Below, piece after piece: positions 31,930 to 41,615 of a DNA stretch of 64,000 nt. The stretch comes from Snowella sp. GTDB taxonomy: Bacteria > Cyanobacteriota > Cyanobacteriia > Cyanobacteriales > Microcystaceae. The position numbers were made by a program, and so were the translations under genes. Location: assembly GCA_035285545.1 (NCBI GenBank), contig JAYKGY010000105.1, positions 19,533 to 83,532 on the forward strand, read 5' to 3'. The notes beneath the pieces are model-generated. The model was not told where the DNA came from and searched no databases. It saw only the letters and a list, made by a program, of their open reading frames with translations. The first letter of the stretch is position 1. Each line of letters begins with the position of its first letter.

Positions 31930-32076
31930 AGAAGACTATTACTATTCCTTTTATTTTATCGTCTGTGATTGACTCATTAATGATAGAAGTTTAAAGAAAA
32001 GGAAACACAGCGTAAAGTTCCTGGGGGTCTAGGGACAAAATCTTTAGATTTTTTACGGATTTACTCTCGCTTCATC

Positions 32077-32118
32077 GTAACAGATGTTACAAACTCTTGA
32101 CATTGCCTTTGTTACTTT
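32077..32118 (+). promoter_or_regulatory. NtcA-activated promoter of nrrA
   Basis: GTA-ACAGATGT-TAC (32077..32090), 22 nt, then TACTTT (TAN3T). Confidence 0.85.
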
Positions 32119-32150
32119 ATTAGGCATGAGTTAGTGGGGAAATTTTCAAG

Positions 32151-32918
32151 GTGAGTCAGATTTATCTTTCGATTGTTGAGGGGAATCCTCACCTGCGATC
32201 ACTGCTAAGTTGGCATTTACAACAATCCGGCTACTTAGTCCAGCAATGTGCCAATCTTCAGCAGGCCCGACAATCTTTTATGAATCGGCAACCAACGTTG
32301 GTGATCCTAGATTCGGATTTACCCGATGGGGATGGAATCGAACTCTGCCGTTGGTTATATCAGCAGCGTCAGTCGATGGTGATGATTCTTTCGGCACGCA
32401 CTGGGGAAAAAGATATTGTCAATGGCTTAAAAGCGGGAGCCGATGACTATCTGACTAAGCCTTTTGGGATGCAGGAGTTCATGGCACGGGTAGAGGCTTT
32501 ATTAAGAAGGTTACGGGCTTCGGCGGCTCCCTTGATTCTCGACTATGGCGATCTCAAAATTGATCTGGTACAGCGTCGGGTGCAATATCAAGGCACTTTT
32601 ATTGATTTAACGCCCCAGGAATTTAGTTTGCTCTATGTTCTGACCCAGGCAGAAGGAACGGCCCTGAGTCGGAGTGAGCTATTGCAGCGTGCTTGGCCAG
32701 AGGCAATTGATAATCCTCGCACCATCGATACCCATGTGCTATCGCTGAGGAAAAAGATCGAGACCGATCCACGTCAGCCGAGCTTGATTCAGACGGTTCG
32801 TAATATTGGTTATCGTTTTAATACGGAAGCTTTACAGGAAAACGTTTCCTCTTCAACTTTTGCCGCGTCTTCTTCTACCCTTTCCCAAAACGGTCACCGC
32901 TTATCTAGGGTAAAGTGA
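32151..32918 (+). CDS. nrrA: OmpR-family response regulator NrrA (Rre37)
   Basis: IVEGNPHLRSLLSWHL signature; RTIDTHVLSLRKK; upstream NtcA box. Confidence 0.9.
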   Translation: MSQIYLSIVEGNPHLRSLLSWHLQQSGYLVQQCANLQQARQSFMNRQPTLVILDSDLPDGDGIELCRWLYQQRQSMVMILSARTGEKDIVNGLKAGADDYLTKPFGMQEFMARVEALLRRLRASAAPLILDYGDLKIDLVQRRVQYQGTFIDLTPQEFSLLYVLTQAEGTALSRSELLQRAWPEAIDNPRTIDTHVLSLRKKIETDPRQPSLIQTVRNIGYRFNTEALQENVSSSTFAASSSTLSQNGHRLSRVK

Positions 32919-32943
32919 AATCGTAGATTTAAGCGTTTTTCCT

Positions 32944-34089
32944 ATGACTTCTCCCTTGACGCGATCGCCTGACTTAGTAGAAGAAGAACAGGATCTTTTT
33001 GATTATTACTATCATGAACCTGGTAGCGCGCCAGGAACCCTGGGGATTGAACCCGATGCCGATCCGACAGAAATCGAATTGATTGACTATAATGCCCATC
33101 AAATTCATTTTTATCGAGGACTGACTCCTCAAGAATGTGTTCCGTTTTTAGACACAGAATCGGTTTCTTGGATTAATATTCAGGGCTTAGGAAGCGAAAA
33201 TGTTTTAAGGGAAATTGGCGAAATTTTTAAGTTACCGCCCCTCATTTTAGAAGATATTGTTAATGTTCCCCAACGTCCTAAATTAGAATATTACGAAAAT
33301 TTTTTAATTATTACGACCCAGATGGTCATGATTAAAAAACAGGGCTTTTGGATGGAACAAGTGAGTTTTATTTTAGGCAAAAGTTATTTATTAACCATTC
33401 AAGAGGAACCGGAACGCGATCCGTTTGATCCGGTTAGACAACGCCTAGAAAAAAATATTGGTTTTATTCGTCAGTTAGGGCCCGATTATTTGTGTTACGC
33501 CCTTGCCGATGCCATCGTGGATAATTTTTTTCCTGTCTTAGAAAACTATGGCGATCGCCTAGAAGACTTAGAAGAAGAAGCAATTACTAGCCCGAATCAA
33601 AAAACTCTGACTAAAATTTATCAAATTCGGCGAGAGTTACTCGCCCTACGTCGTTTGATGTGGCCCCAACGGGAAATTTTTAATAGTTTGATTCGGGATG
33701 GCAGTGATTATATTCATGCTAATTTGCTGAACTATTTCAGAGATTGCTACGACCATACGGTTCAGATTATTGATGTGATCGAAACCTATCGGGAATTAGC
33801 CGCAGGATTAACGGATGTTTATCTATCGGCCACGGGTAATCGGATGAATGAAATCATGAAAGTTTTAACCATTATTTCCACTATTTTTATCCCCTTAACT
33901 TTTATTGCTGGAATTTATGGAATGAATTTTAATACGGAAAAATCGCCCTTTAATATGCCTGAATTAAATTGGTATTGGGGATATGTTGCTTGTTGGGCAG
34001 TGATGATTTTAATTACCAGTGTACAAATCTATATTTTTTGGAAAAGAGGTTGGTTTCGTCAGGGGGTTTTCACCCATCGCGATCGCTAA
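32944..34089 (+). CDS. corA: Mg/Co transporter CorA
   Basis: QRPK, NRMNEIMK, YGMNF, MPEL. Confidence 0.95.
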   Translation: MTSPLTRSPDLVEEEQDLFDYYYHEPGSAPGTLGIEPDADPTEIELIDYNAHQIHFYRGLTPQECVPFLDTESVSWINIQGLGSENVLREIGEIFKLPPLILEDIVNVPQRPKLEYYENFLIITTQMVMIKKQGFWMEQVSFILGKSYLLTIQEEPERDPFDPVRQRLEKNIGFIRQLGPDYLCYALADAIVDNFFPVLENYGDRLEDLEEEAITSPNQKTLTKIYQIRRELLALRRLMWPQREIFNSLIRDGSDYIHANLLNYFRDCYDHTVQIIDVIETYRELAAGLTDVYLSATGNRMNEIMKVLTIISTIFIPLTFIAGIYGMNFNTEKSPFNMPELNWYWGYVACWAVMILITSVQIYIFWKRGWFRQGVFTHRDR

Positions 34090-34131
34090 ATGTCCTTTAA
34101 GATAAAAAATTAAACGTTATACGGGGGCAAC

Positions 34132-35055
34132 GTGGAACTCAAACAGGTAATTATTGCCCATAAGGCAGGCCATGCAGAGAGTAAAGCCTGGGCAGAAAGA
34201 TGCGCGAAACAATTAGAAGCCCGCAATTGTAAGGTTTTAATGGGGCCGAGTGGTTTTAAGGATAACCCCTATCCTGTTTTTTTAGCGTCGATTACCCAAA
34301 AAATTGATCTAGCCATCATTTTAGGGGGAGATGGTACGGTATTGGCGGCAGCCCGTCACCTGGCCCCAGAAGGCATTCCCCTTTTAGCCGTTAATGTGGG
34401 GGGACATCTAGGGTTTTTAACTGAAAATTTTGAACTCTTTCAGGATACGGAGCTTGTCTGGGATCGGTTACTCGGCGATCGCTACGCGGTTTCCCAACGC
34501 ATGATGTTAGAAGCAGGTCTCTTTGAAGGCAGTCGCGAAAATCCCAAACTTTCCAGCGATCGCTTTCCCAGCCTCAATGAATTTTGTGTTAAACCCGCCA
34601 GCATCGACCGAATGCCCACCACCTTTGTAGAACTAGAAGTAGACGGGGAAATTGTCGATCAATATCAGGGAGACGGGCTTTTAGTCGCAACCCCAACGGG
34701 ATCAACCTGTTATACTGCCTCGGCCAACGGCCCCATTTTGCACCCTGGTATGGAAGCCATCATTATTACCCCGATTTGTCCCCTGAGTCTGTCGAGTCGT
34801 CCTATCGTTATTCCCCCTGGGTCTAATGTCAATATTTGGGCCTTGGGCGATTATGAATTGAATACCAAGCTTTGGACAGACGGCTCGCTCGCCACTTCCA
34901 TCTGGCCAGGTCAATGGGTAAATGTTCGGATGGCTCCCTATCGGGCCCAATTTATTTTATTGCGAGAAAGTTATTCGTTTTATCAAACCCTACAGGAAAA
35001 GCTGCTTTGGGCAGGGGCGAGGATTCGCTACGATAATACCCACCGCAATAATTAA
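34132..35055 (+). CDS. nadK: NAD(+) kinase
   Basis: GGDGT, GHLGFL, LNE, DGLLVATPTGST. Confidence 0.95.
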   Translation: MELKQVIIAHKAGHAESKAWAERCAKQLEARNCKVLMGPSGFKDNPYPVFLASITQKIDLAIILGGDGTVLAAARHLAPEGIPLLAVNVGGHLGFLTENFELFQDTELVWDRLLGDRYAVSQRMMLEAGLFEGSRENPKLSSDRFPSLNEFCVKPASIDRMPTTFVELEVDGEIVDQYQGDGLLVATPTGSTCYTASANGPILHPGMEAIIITPICPLSLSSRPIVIPPGSNVNIWALGDYELNTKLWTDGSLATSIWPGQWVNVRMAPYRAQFILLRESYSFYQTLQEKLLWAGARIRYDNTHRNN

Positions 35056-35185
35056 CAGATTGATTGATTATTAGACGACCAGGCGATTGTCATGGGAAAA
35101 ATTCCGTCGGTTTCCAAGCAGAATCGCTTCTCCTCTCTATTTTTAGGGAGGGCAAAATCTGTCAATACTGGATTAACACCCCCGA

Positions 35186-35995
35186 TTACGTTTCCGAGGG
35201 CGTTCCTTGACTGATTAAGGGAGAAAGATAGGCGACCAAGGCACCGATCGCGAAGCCCATCACATTCCGCAGGAGGGGTAACCAATCACTGGTACGGGTA
35301 ACAACCGGGCCAATACCAAAGGCGATCAATAAAATTCCCCAGAGGGGCGACATGATCAAAACCCATTGCCAAGCAAAAATCTGACCTTCTTTACGAGGAA
35401 TGGCCGCAAAACCCACGATGACTCCCCCAACAATGGAAGTGACTAGGGTTAAAATCCACTGTTCACGGGGTAAGCCTGGAACGACTAAACAACCGCCTTC
35501 TTTGACCAAACAGCCTTTAACCGTATCTAATGCCTGGGTAATCGCTCGATTTTCTCCATTTTCTCGAATATAGTAAATATTGCCAAAGCGGGCTTGCAGT
35601 TCAATCCAAAAGGTACGGGGCATCAGTTCATAGACAGCATCCCCAATGCTAAATGCCAATAAGTTTCCGCCTCTCGAATCGGCCACTAACAAAATACTTT
35701 TATCGTCTAATCCCCAAAAGTTGATCACAGCGCGGCCAGGGCTACGGTCGTATTGGGTTAAAACTCTGAGTTTCCAGCCGGTTTCAGTTTCAAAGTTATT
35801 GATATCCTGAATCAGCGCGTCTTCTTGTGCCTGGGGCAGGAAATTAGCCAAATCTACCACTGGCGTTACGGTATCGGGTAACAGTTCGGGATTATTGACC
35901 GCGATCGCGGGAGTCGGAAAAGCGACACTGAGAAGGAGGCTAACACAACAAACGAGAATCCCCACCAGGTACCGTCGAAGACCATGCTTATTCAT
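35186..35995 (-). CDS. TPM-domain membrane protein
   Basis: PVVDLAN, GWKLRVLTQ, FWIELQARFGN; three C-terminal TMs. Confidence 0.85.
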   Translation of the reverse strand: MNKHGLRRYLVGILVCCVSLLLSVAFPTPAIAVNNPELLPDTVTPVVDLANFLPQAQEDALIQDINNFETETGWKLRVLTQYDRSPGRAVINFWGLDDKSILLVADSRGGNLLAFSIGDAVYELMPRTFWIELQARFGNIYYIRENGENRAITQALDTVKGCLVKEGGCLVVPGLPREQWILTLVTSIVGGVIVGFAAIPRKEGQIFAWQWVLIMSPLWGILLIAFGIGPVVTRTSDWLPLLRNVMGFAIGALVAYLSPLISQGTPSET

Positions 35996-36091
35996 AAAAG
36001 GCAATTAATTTAAAATTAAATGTTCAGTTTTGTTACATTTGTTTACTTAATTTTAAGATAAATAGTCTAAAGAAACACCGTCAACCGAAAG

Positions 36092-36508
36092 TTAATCTTC
36101 CTGATTTTTGGGAAGAGCCTGAGAAAAGCCGTTATTTTGCAGAGGATACTCCTGCCAAGTCTGCCAAGCCGCTTTTACCCCCGTTGTTAATCGACGAGTC
36201 CCGATTTGGACTTTATTGGCTTGCTCTTTCGCCCCCGTTAAGGTTTGATCCACATTTTGAATGATATCTCCTACCCCTTTCACACTTTGATTGAGATCAT
36301 CGGTTAGCTCACTGATTTCTAATCCGGTTAGGCGAATGGCTTCTAGGGTTGGAGGAAATTCTCGACTCAGACTATCAAATAATTTTTCAGCACTGCGGGC
36401 TGCTCTGGCAACTTCCTGGAGGGCGGGTAATGCTGCGATAAACACCGCCGTCAAACTCACAGAAACCAGTAACAGAGACATTCCAAGCCAAAAATTCGGA
36501 TCGGCCAT
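36092..36508 (-). CDS. DUF948-like membrane-anchored protein
   Basis: ARAARSAEKLFD.L.REFPPTLEAIRLTGLEI. Confidence 0.75.
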   Translation of the reverse strand: MADPNFWLGMSLLLVSVSLTAVFIAALPALQEVARAARSAEKLFDSLSREFPPTLEAIRLTGLEISELTDDLNQSVKGVGDIIQNVDQTLTGAKEQANKVQIGTRRLTTGVKAAWQTWQEYPLQNNGFSQALPKNQED

Positions 36509-36518
36509 GGGTTGGGGG

Positions 36519-36866
36519 TCAATTAAATTTATCAACGGCATTCGGGTTAACGGTTCCTTCACGGGTTGGGGTGACTTCTACCACTTCGATTTGGCTGGCT
36601 TCGACCCCCGCCGCGATCGCTTCTCGGAGTCTATCGAGGGTTCCTTGCCAATTGCGTTGAGCCGATTCGGACAAATGATCGGTTTGGAGTTGGACAGAAG
36701 TGGCCAAATCTTCAACCAAATCCGGTAGGGCATCTGCCGACTTTTTGATAATTTTGCGGGTTTCTCGGCCAGAACGGGGAGCTAACAGGAGTCCTGTCAC
36801 TGTTCCCACCAAGCCACCGACTAAAAGCCCGACCAATAAAGCCCCACCCGTGTTGTTTTTAGACAT
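36519..36866 (-). CDS. YtxH-domain protein
   Basis: GLLVGGLVGTVTGLLLAPRSGRETR. Confidence 0.85.
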   Translation of the reverse strand: MSKNNTGGALLVGLLVGGLVGTVTGLLLAPRSGRETRKIIKKSADALPDLVEDLATSVQLQTDHLSESAQRNWQGTLDRLREAIAAGVEASQIEVVEVTPTREGTVNPNAVDKFN

Positions 36867-37005
36867 TATGCTCGCCTCAATGCTTAAACCTATTGTAGAG
36901 GAGATACGCGAATCTGCCGAAAAAGGGCGCAAAACATTCCTTTGGTTAGAATACTTTCGCTCTCCTGATTCGGTGTTGGAATAGGAGTCGGGCAATTCCT
37001 AATGC

Positions 37006-37290
37006 TTATTTTTCGACTTGAACCCCGCGCCAAAAGGCAACATAGTTTTGAATATTTTTGGCTTTTTCTTTCGGATTAGGATAATACCAAGCGGCATCTT
37101 TATTTTCCTGACCATCCACGACAACGGTATAGTAACTGGCTTCCCCTTTCCAAAAGCAGGTGGTATGGGTGGTGCTGTCTTTGAAATAGTCACGATTGAT
37201 GGCATCGGGGGGAAAGTAGTAGTTGCCTTCGACAATTTCACATTGATTACTGTCTGCTAATACGGCTCCATTCCAGATTGCTTTTGCCAT
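37006..37290 (-). CDS. DUF427 protein
   Basis: VEGNYYFP, TCFWKGEASYY, AAWYYP. Confidence 0.92.
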   Translation of the reverse strand: MAKAIWNGAVLADSNQCEIVEGNYYFPPDAINRDYFKDSTTHTTCFWKGEASYYTVVVDGQENKDAAWYYPNPKEKAKNIQNYVAFWRGVQVEK

Positions 37291-37354
37291 GGTTCGATTT
37301 CCTCAGTCATTGCTTTAAGGTTTTATTTTAATTCAGGAAGGCTTCTCTGCTGTC

Positions 37355-38782
37355 CTAACGTTTCCAACTGCGTCGCCAATGGAAAAATTTCGCTAATAAC
37401 GCTTTTTGCCAGGGATTTTCTGCAAACTTTTGTTTTTGGAATAACAAGGCCGCCTGACCATTGACTTCCGTTAAAGTGGGATAAATATGAATTCCGGTTA
37501 AGGCAGAAACCTTGAGACGATGGGACATGGCTAAGACAATTTCTGCGATTAATTCCCCGGCCGATCGCCCAACTAAATGGGCACCAAGAATTTCCCCATT
37601 CGGTCGAACAATCAGTTTCGCAAAGCCTTGGGTTGAACCTTCTGCTTGAGCGCGATCGCTGCCGGAGAAAGGTTGCTTTAACACATAAATATCATCCCCA
37701 TAGCGGGATCGAGCTTGCTTCTCGGTCATGCCTACCCGTGCCAATTCCGGATCAGTAAAAGTCGCCCAGGGAATAACCTGATAATTTACCTTACTAGTCG
37801 GGAAAAAGAGCGCGTTTTTTAGCACCGTAACGGCTTCCTGACCCGCGACATGGGTAAATTGATAACCCCCAATAACATCCCCACAGGCATATATTTTAGG
37901 ATTCGTGGTTTGCAATTTGGCATTGACCTTAATCCCTTTTTCGTTAAAACTTACGCCTGCTGCCGCTAAATTTAAACGCTCCACATTCGGCGATCGCCCC
38001 GTCGCCACCAAGATCTGATCGGCTTCTACCCACTCCGAACCGAACCAAAGCCGCTTTTTTCCTTCCGCTACTTCAACTTTTTCTACCCTGGCATTTTTGA
38101 GGATTTCAATGCCTTCTGATAAAAACTGTTCTTCAATCACCGCCGCCGCATCGGGATCTTCCTTGGCTAAAATTTGCGGGCCACTGGAAAAGATTGTCAC
38201 CGCAGACCCTAACCGATGAAAGGCTTGTCCTATCTCGCAACCAATGGGCCCAGAACCAATAATCGCTAAAGATTGAACGCGATCGCGGAGGGTAAAAAGG
38301 TTTTCGTTGGTTAAATAATCGGTTTCTGTTAAGCCTGGAATGGGCGGAATAGCGGGATGGGAACCCGTGGCAATCACAAAAGCTCTAGCGGTTAAATCGC
38401 GGTTATTGACCCTAAAGGTTTGAGCATCAATAAATTCCCCAGAGCCGAAGATCACCTCAACCCCCAACTCTTGAAAGCGTTCAGGGGAATCGTGGGGCTG
38501 AATGGCAGCGATCGCACGGTTAACGTGGGCCATCACCTCTGCAAAGTGAATATCGGTGGAATGGGCGTAAATTCCGAAGCGGGAGGCATTTTTAACCTCA
38601 TAGGCTGTTCGAGACGCATGGATTAAGGCTTTACTCGGTACACAACCCGACCAGAGACACTCGCCCCCTAAGCGATCCTTTTCCACGAGAGCAACCTTGG
38701 CCTTTAATTGGGCTGCCGCACTCGCGACCACTAAGCCCCCCGAACCGCCTCCAATCACGACAATATCGTACTCAACCGCCAT
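37355..38782 (-). CDS. MerA-like / dihydrolipoyl-dehydrogenase-family flavoprotein disulfide reductase
   Basis: GGGSGG, GGECLWSGCVPSK, GSGPIGCE, HIYPT; no C-terminal CC pair. Confidence 0.88.
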   Translation of the reverse strand: MAVEYDIVVIGGGSGGLVVASAAAQLKAKVALVEKDRLGGECLWSGCVPSKALIHASRTAYEVKNASRFGIYAHSTDIHFAEVMAHVNRAIAAIQPHDSPERFQELGVEVIFGSGEFIDAQTFRVNNRDLTARAFVIATGSHPAIPPIPGLTETDYLTNENLFTLRDRVQSLAIIGSGPIGCEIGQAFHRLGSAVTIFSSGPQILAKEDPDAAAVIEEQFLSEGIEILKNARVEKVEVAEGKKRLWFGSEWVEADQILVATGRSPNVERLNLAAAGVSFNEKGIKVNAKLQTTNPKIYACGDVIGGYQFTHVAGQEAVTVLKNALFFPTSKVNYQVIPWATFTDPELARVGMTEKQARSRYGDDIYVLKQPFSGSDRAQAEGSTQGFAKLIVRPNGEILGAHLVGRSAGELIAEIVLAMSHRLKVSALTGIHIYPTLTEVNGQAALLFQKQKFAENPWQKALLAKFFHWRRSWKR

Positions 38783-38825
38783 AGTATGATCAATGACATT
38801 ATTTATTCGCTTAGCTTCGATTATA

Positions 38826-39500
38826 ATGAACGCCGCTTCCCTCCTGTCTCTTTTGCAATTAGTGAGTCCTGCTTTACCCGTAGGAGCCTATAGTTATTCA
38901 GAAGGTTTAGAAAGTTTGATCGATCAGGGAATTATCCAGAATCAAGAGCAGTTGGAAAATTGGCTGACCCAAGAACTCAAAACCGGCTCAATTCGTGTCG
39001 AAACAGCCGTTTTATGGAGAGCTTATCAGGCGAGTTTGGATCAAAATCTGGAACGGTTAAATCGATGGAATCTTTGGCTTTCTGCGACGAGAGAATCCCT
39101 AGAATTACGGCAACAAAGTTGGCAGATGGGGCAATCGTTAAGCAAGTTGTTATTAGATTTGATACCGGAAACTAACGCTTTATTTTGTCATATTCACCAA
39201 CCCTGTAATTACGCGATCGCCTTTGGAATTGGAGCCGCCTATTGGCAGATCGAAGCTTCCACAATGGTTTTAGGCTATCTTTCCGGTTGGGCGAGTAATC
39301 TAATTAGTGCTGGAGTCCGCTTAGTTCCCTTGGGGCAAACAATGGGACAACGCATCACCTTAAATCTACACCCTCACTTATTACAAGCCACCGATGAAAT
39401 TTTAGTGCTATCCGACGATGACTTAAACAGTTGTAGCTGGGGATTGGGTTTAGCCAGTATGCACCATGAAGTTCAATATACCCGTTTATTTCGGAGTTAA
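38826..39500 (+). CDS. ureF: urease accessory protein UreF
   Basis: [35 protein letters not shown]. Confidence 0.95.
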   Translation: MNAASLLSLLQLVSPALPVGAYSYSEGLESLIDQGIIQNQEQLENWLTQELKTGSIRVETAVLWRAYQASLDQNLERLNRWNLWLSATRESLELRQQSWQMGQSLSKLLLDLIPETNALFCHIHQPCNYAIAFGIGAAYWQIEASTMVLGYLSGWASNLISAGVRLVPLGQTMGQRITLNLHPHLLQATDEILVLSDDDLNSCSWGLGLASMHHEVQYTRLFRS

Positions 39501-39530
39501 GAACCGTTAGATGCAGTTAATTGACTTAAA

Positions 39531-40136
39531 TTATTGCATGGAGCCTAAATACTTGCGGAGATAGGGAGAAAAGACTTCATAGATTAAAGTTAACGGTTTG
39601 TGATCGTGCCAAAACAGATAATGTCGTCCCCAAAAGGGCCCTGTTTCCTCAAACGCCTCTTCTAAAGCCGCTGAATGACCGTGATAAAGCCCCTGAATAT
39701 CCCGATACAATTCCGTATGTAAATGGGAAAGACTATCCCAAATCGGTAAATTGCGATTTTGCAAATATTCATCCACATGGTTGGCATCCCACCAGGAAAC
39801 CGCATAGGCTAAGCGTTGACCCGATGCCGTCCGTAACCATACCTGTCGCCGCAACCAGGGCTGGGGAACCGCTTCAATGTGCAAGGGGGCACCATCATCG
39901 ACAGAACCGACTAGGGACATATCAATCACATCCACACAGGTTTTTTCGCCGGTTAACAGTTGCAAATGACGAGTCGGAGAACCATCCCCCAAAATTAAAA
40001 TTTGCCAAGCAGGGGAAAGTTGAGTATGGGGTAACCCTTGTTTAACCGCCATTTCTCCCCCTTGCCAGAGGAGGTCGAGGGAATGCCAAGCAGGAATCAC
40101 TGGAGCGGTGGGAAAAGTCTTCAATGGCTTAATCAA
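39531..40136 (-). CDS. ubiC: chorismate lyase (Ycf21/DUF98)
   Basis: LGDGSPTRHL, RRQVWL, LAYAVSWW, LIYEVFSP. Confidence 0.85.
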   Translation of the reverse strand: MIKPLKTFPTAPVIPAWHSLDLLWQGGEMAVKQGLPHTQLSPAWQILILGDGSPTRHLQLLTGEKTCVDVIDMSLVGSVDDGAPLHIEAVPQPWLRRQVWLRTASGQRLAYAVSWWDANHVDEYLQNRNLPIWDSLSHLHTELYRDIQGLYHGHSAALEEAFEETGPFWGRHYLFWHDHKPLTLIYEVFSPYLRKYLGSMQ

Positions 40137-40419
40137 AGAGGATCTTTACAAAACTTTATTATTTTATTATTACCTATGATCACAAATCTGCGTTGCCAAT
40201 AGAAAACGGAAAAACGCGATCGCGCTTTAACACTGAACGGTTGTTTCAAATCGTCTTGACCCGATCAGCCCCGATTATTTCCTCCTCTGGGAATGGTTGG
40301 ATCGCCTCTGGTATCCCCGCCGAGTAACGTTTTAACCCCATTGCCAAAGGATTCAATCAATAACGGGATAAAGTATGATGAGTTCCAATGATTAAACTTA
40401 TGATTTTCAAGTATTTCTA

Positions 40420-41040
40420 ATGGAATGGCACATTACCGATGCCCAGAGTTTGGCAATTATTGATCAAGAAATTGGTGAAACGGCTCTCCCTCCCGCAGAA
40501 TACGAAATTGTCCGTCGTGTTATCTTAGCCACTGCTGATTTTGATTATCATCACTCGCTTCGTTTTTCTGATCGGGTTTTGTCGGCAGGAGCAGCGGCTT
40601 TAGCAGCCAGAACCACCATTATTGTGGATGTTCCAATGGTACAAGTGGGAATTGTCCCCCATCTTCAACAGACCTTTGCCAATCCGGTTTATTGCAGCAC
40701 CCAAACCATTACTCGACCCCAAAAAGCCAAAACCCAGTCTGCTTGGGGATTGCAAACCTTGGCCAGACGTTATCCTGAAGGAATATTTGTCATCGGCGAT
40801 TCGATAACGGCTCTTACTGCCTTGGTTGAATTAATTGAGGAGGAAAATATTCGCCCAACGTTGGTCATTGCGACCCCATCGGGTTTTTTGGATGCCAATG
40901 TGGAAAAGGATCGATTACAGGATTCTTTAATTCCCAATATCTTTGTCGATGACCGTAAGGGCAATCCCTGTGTTGCGGTGGCAATCATCAATGGGCTGGT
41001 CGATCTTGCTTGGCAAGCCTATGAACAAAGTGCCCATTAG
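40420..41040 (+). CDS. cobH: precorrin-8X methylmutase family protein
   Basis: SLAIIDQEI, RRVILATADF, IVDVPMV, RKG..VAVAIIN. Confidence 0.85.
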   Translation: MEWHITDAQSLAIIDQEIGETALPPAEYEIVRRVILATADFDYHHSLRFSDRVLSAGAAALAARTTIIVDVPMVQVGIVPHLQQTFANPVYCSTQTITRPQKAKTQSAWGLQTLARRYPEGIFVIGDSITALTALVELIEEENIRPTLVIATPSGFLDANVEKDRLQDSLIPNIFVDDRKGNPCVAVAIINGLVDLAWQAYEQSAH

Positions 41041-41120
41041 TCTGGTTCGGTGGATACTATCGATACTGAAGGGATTAGGCGTTCACTCAGGAGACCCATG
41101 ACAACTATGATACTATAGTA

Positions 41121-41528
41121 CTATTCTTGGTCTTCTCGTTGCGCGATCGCCGCTTTAATCTGGGAAACAAATTTTTCATGATCAACGACTGGTTTAGAAA
41201 TATAGCCATCGGCCCCACTTTCCCGTAAAAAAAATTCGCGATCGCCTTCCATCGCGTGGGCAGTAACGAGAATAACGGGTAAATTTTGGGTTTGGGGATC
41301 CGCTTTGAGCATTTGGGTAATTTGGATACCATCCACGGCTTGCCCTTGGTACAAACTTCGAGCAAGAGAAACATCCATGAGAATCACCTCAATGTCCCCC
41401 CCTTTTGCCAACTGGAGAATTTCTTCCACATCTTCGGTGCCGTAAACATTCATTCCTCCTCGTTTCATGAGGATTTTTGAAAAAACCCGAAAATTCATCG
41501 GATCGTCTTCTACAATCAGAACGGTCAT
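41121..41528 (-). CDS. single-domain response regulator (DivK-like)
   Basis: LIVEDD, ILMD, VTAHAM, YISKP. Confidence 0.9.
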   Translation of the reverse strand: MTVLIVEDDPMNFRVFSKILMKRGGMNVYGTEDVEEILQLAKGGDIEVILMDVSLARSLYQGQAVDGIQITQMLKADPQTQNLPVILVTAHAMEGDREFFLRESGADGYISKPVVDHEKFVSQIKAAIAQREDQE

Positions 41529-41615
41529 TTTCACTCTCCCTAAAAACCAAATCAGGTCAGTCAAGTACGGCTAAATGAATCCATTAGCTGTTATTTAATT
41601 TAACAACGCAAATTC

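Noticed and set aside
36032..36049. HLR1-like GTTACATT-TG-TTTACTTA upstream of TPM gene (similar weak matches near 40145 and 60995)
   Set aside because: Mismatched half-sites in AT-rich DNA; too weak without conservation data
37355..38782. True mercuric reductase / mer operon
   Set aside because: No C-terminal Cys-Cys, no NmerA domain, no mer genes nearby
40190..40400. Cobalamin riboswitch or small ORF upstream of cobH
   Set aside because: No B12-box recognised; short open frames lack start/RBS or recognisable motifs
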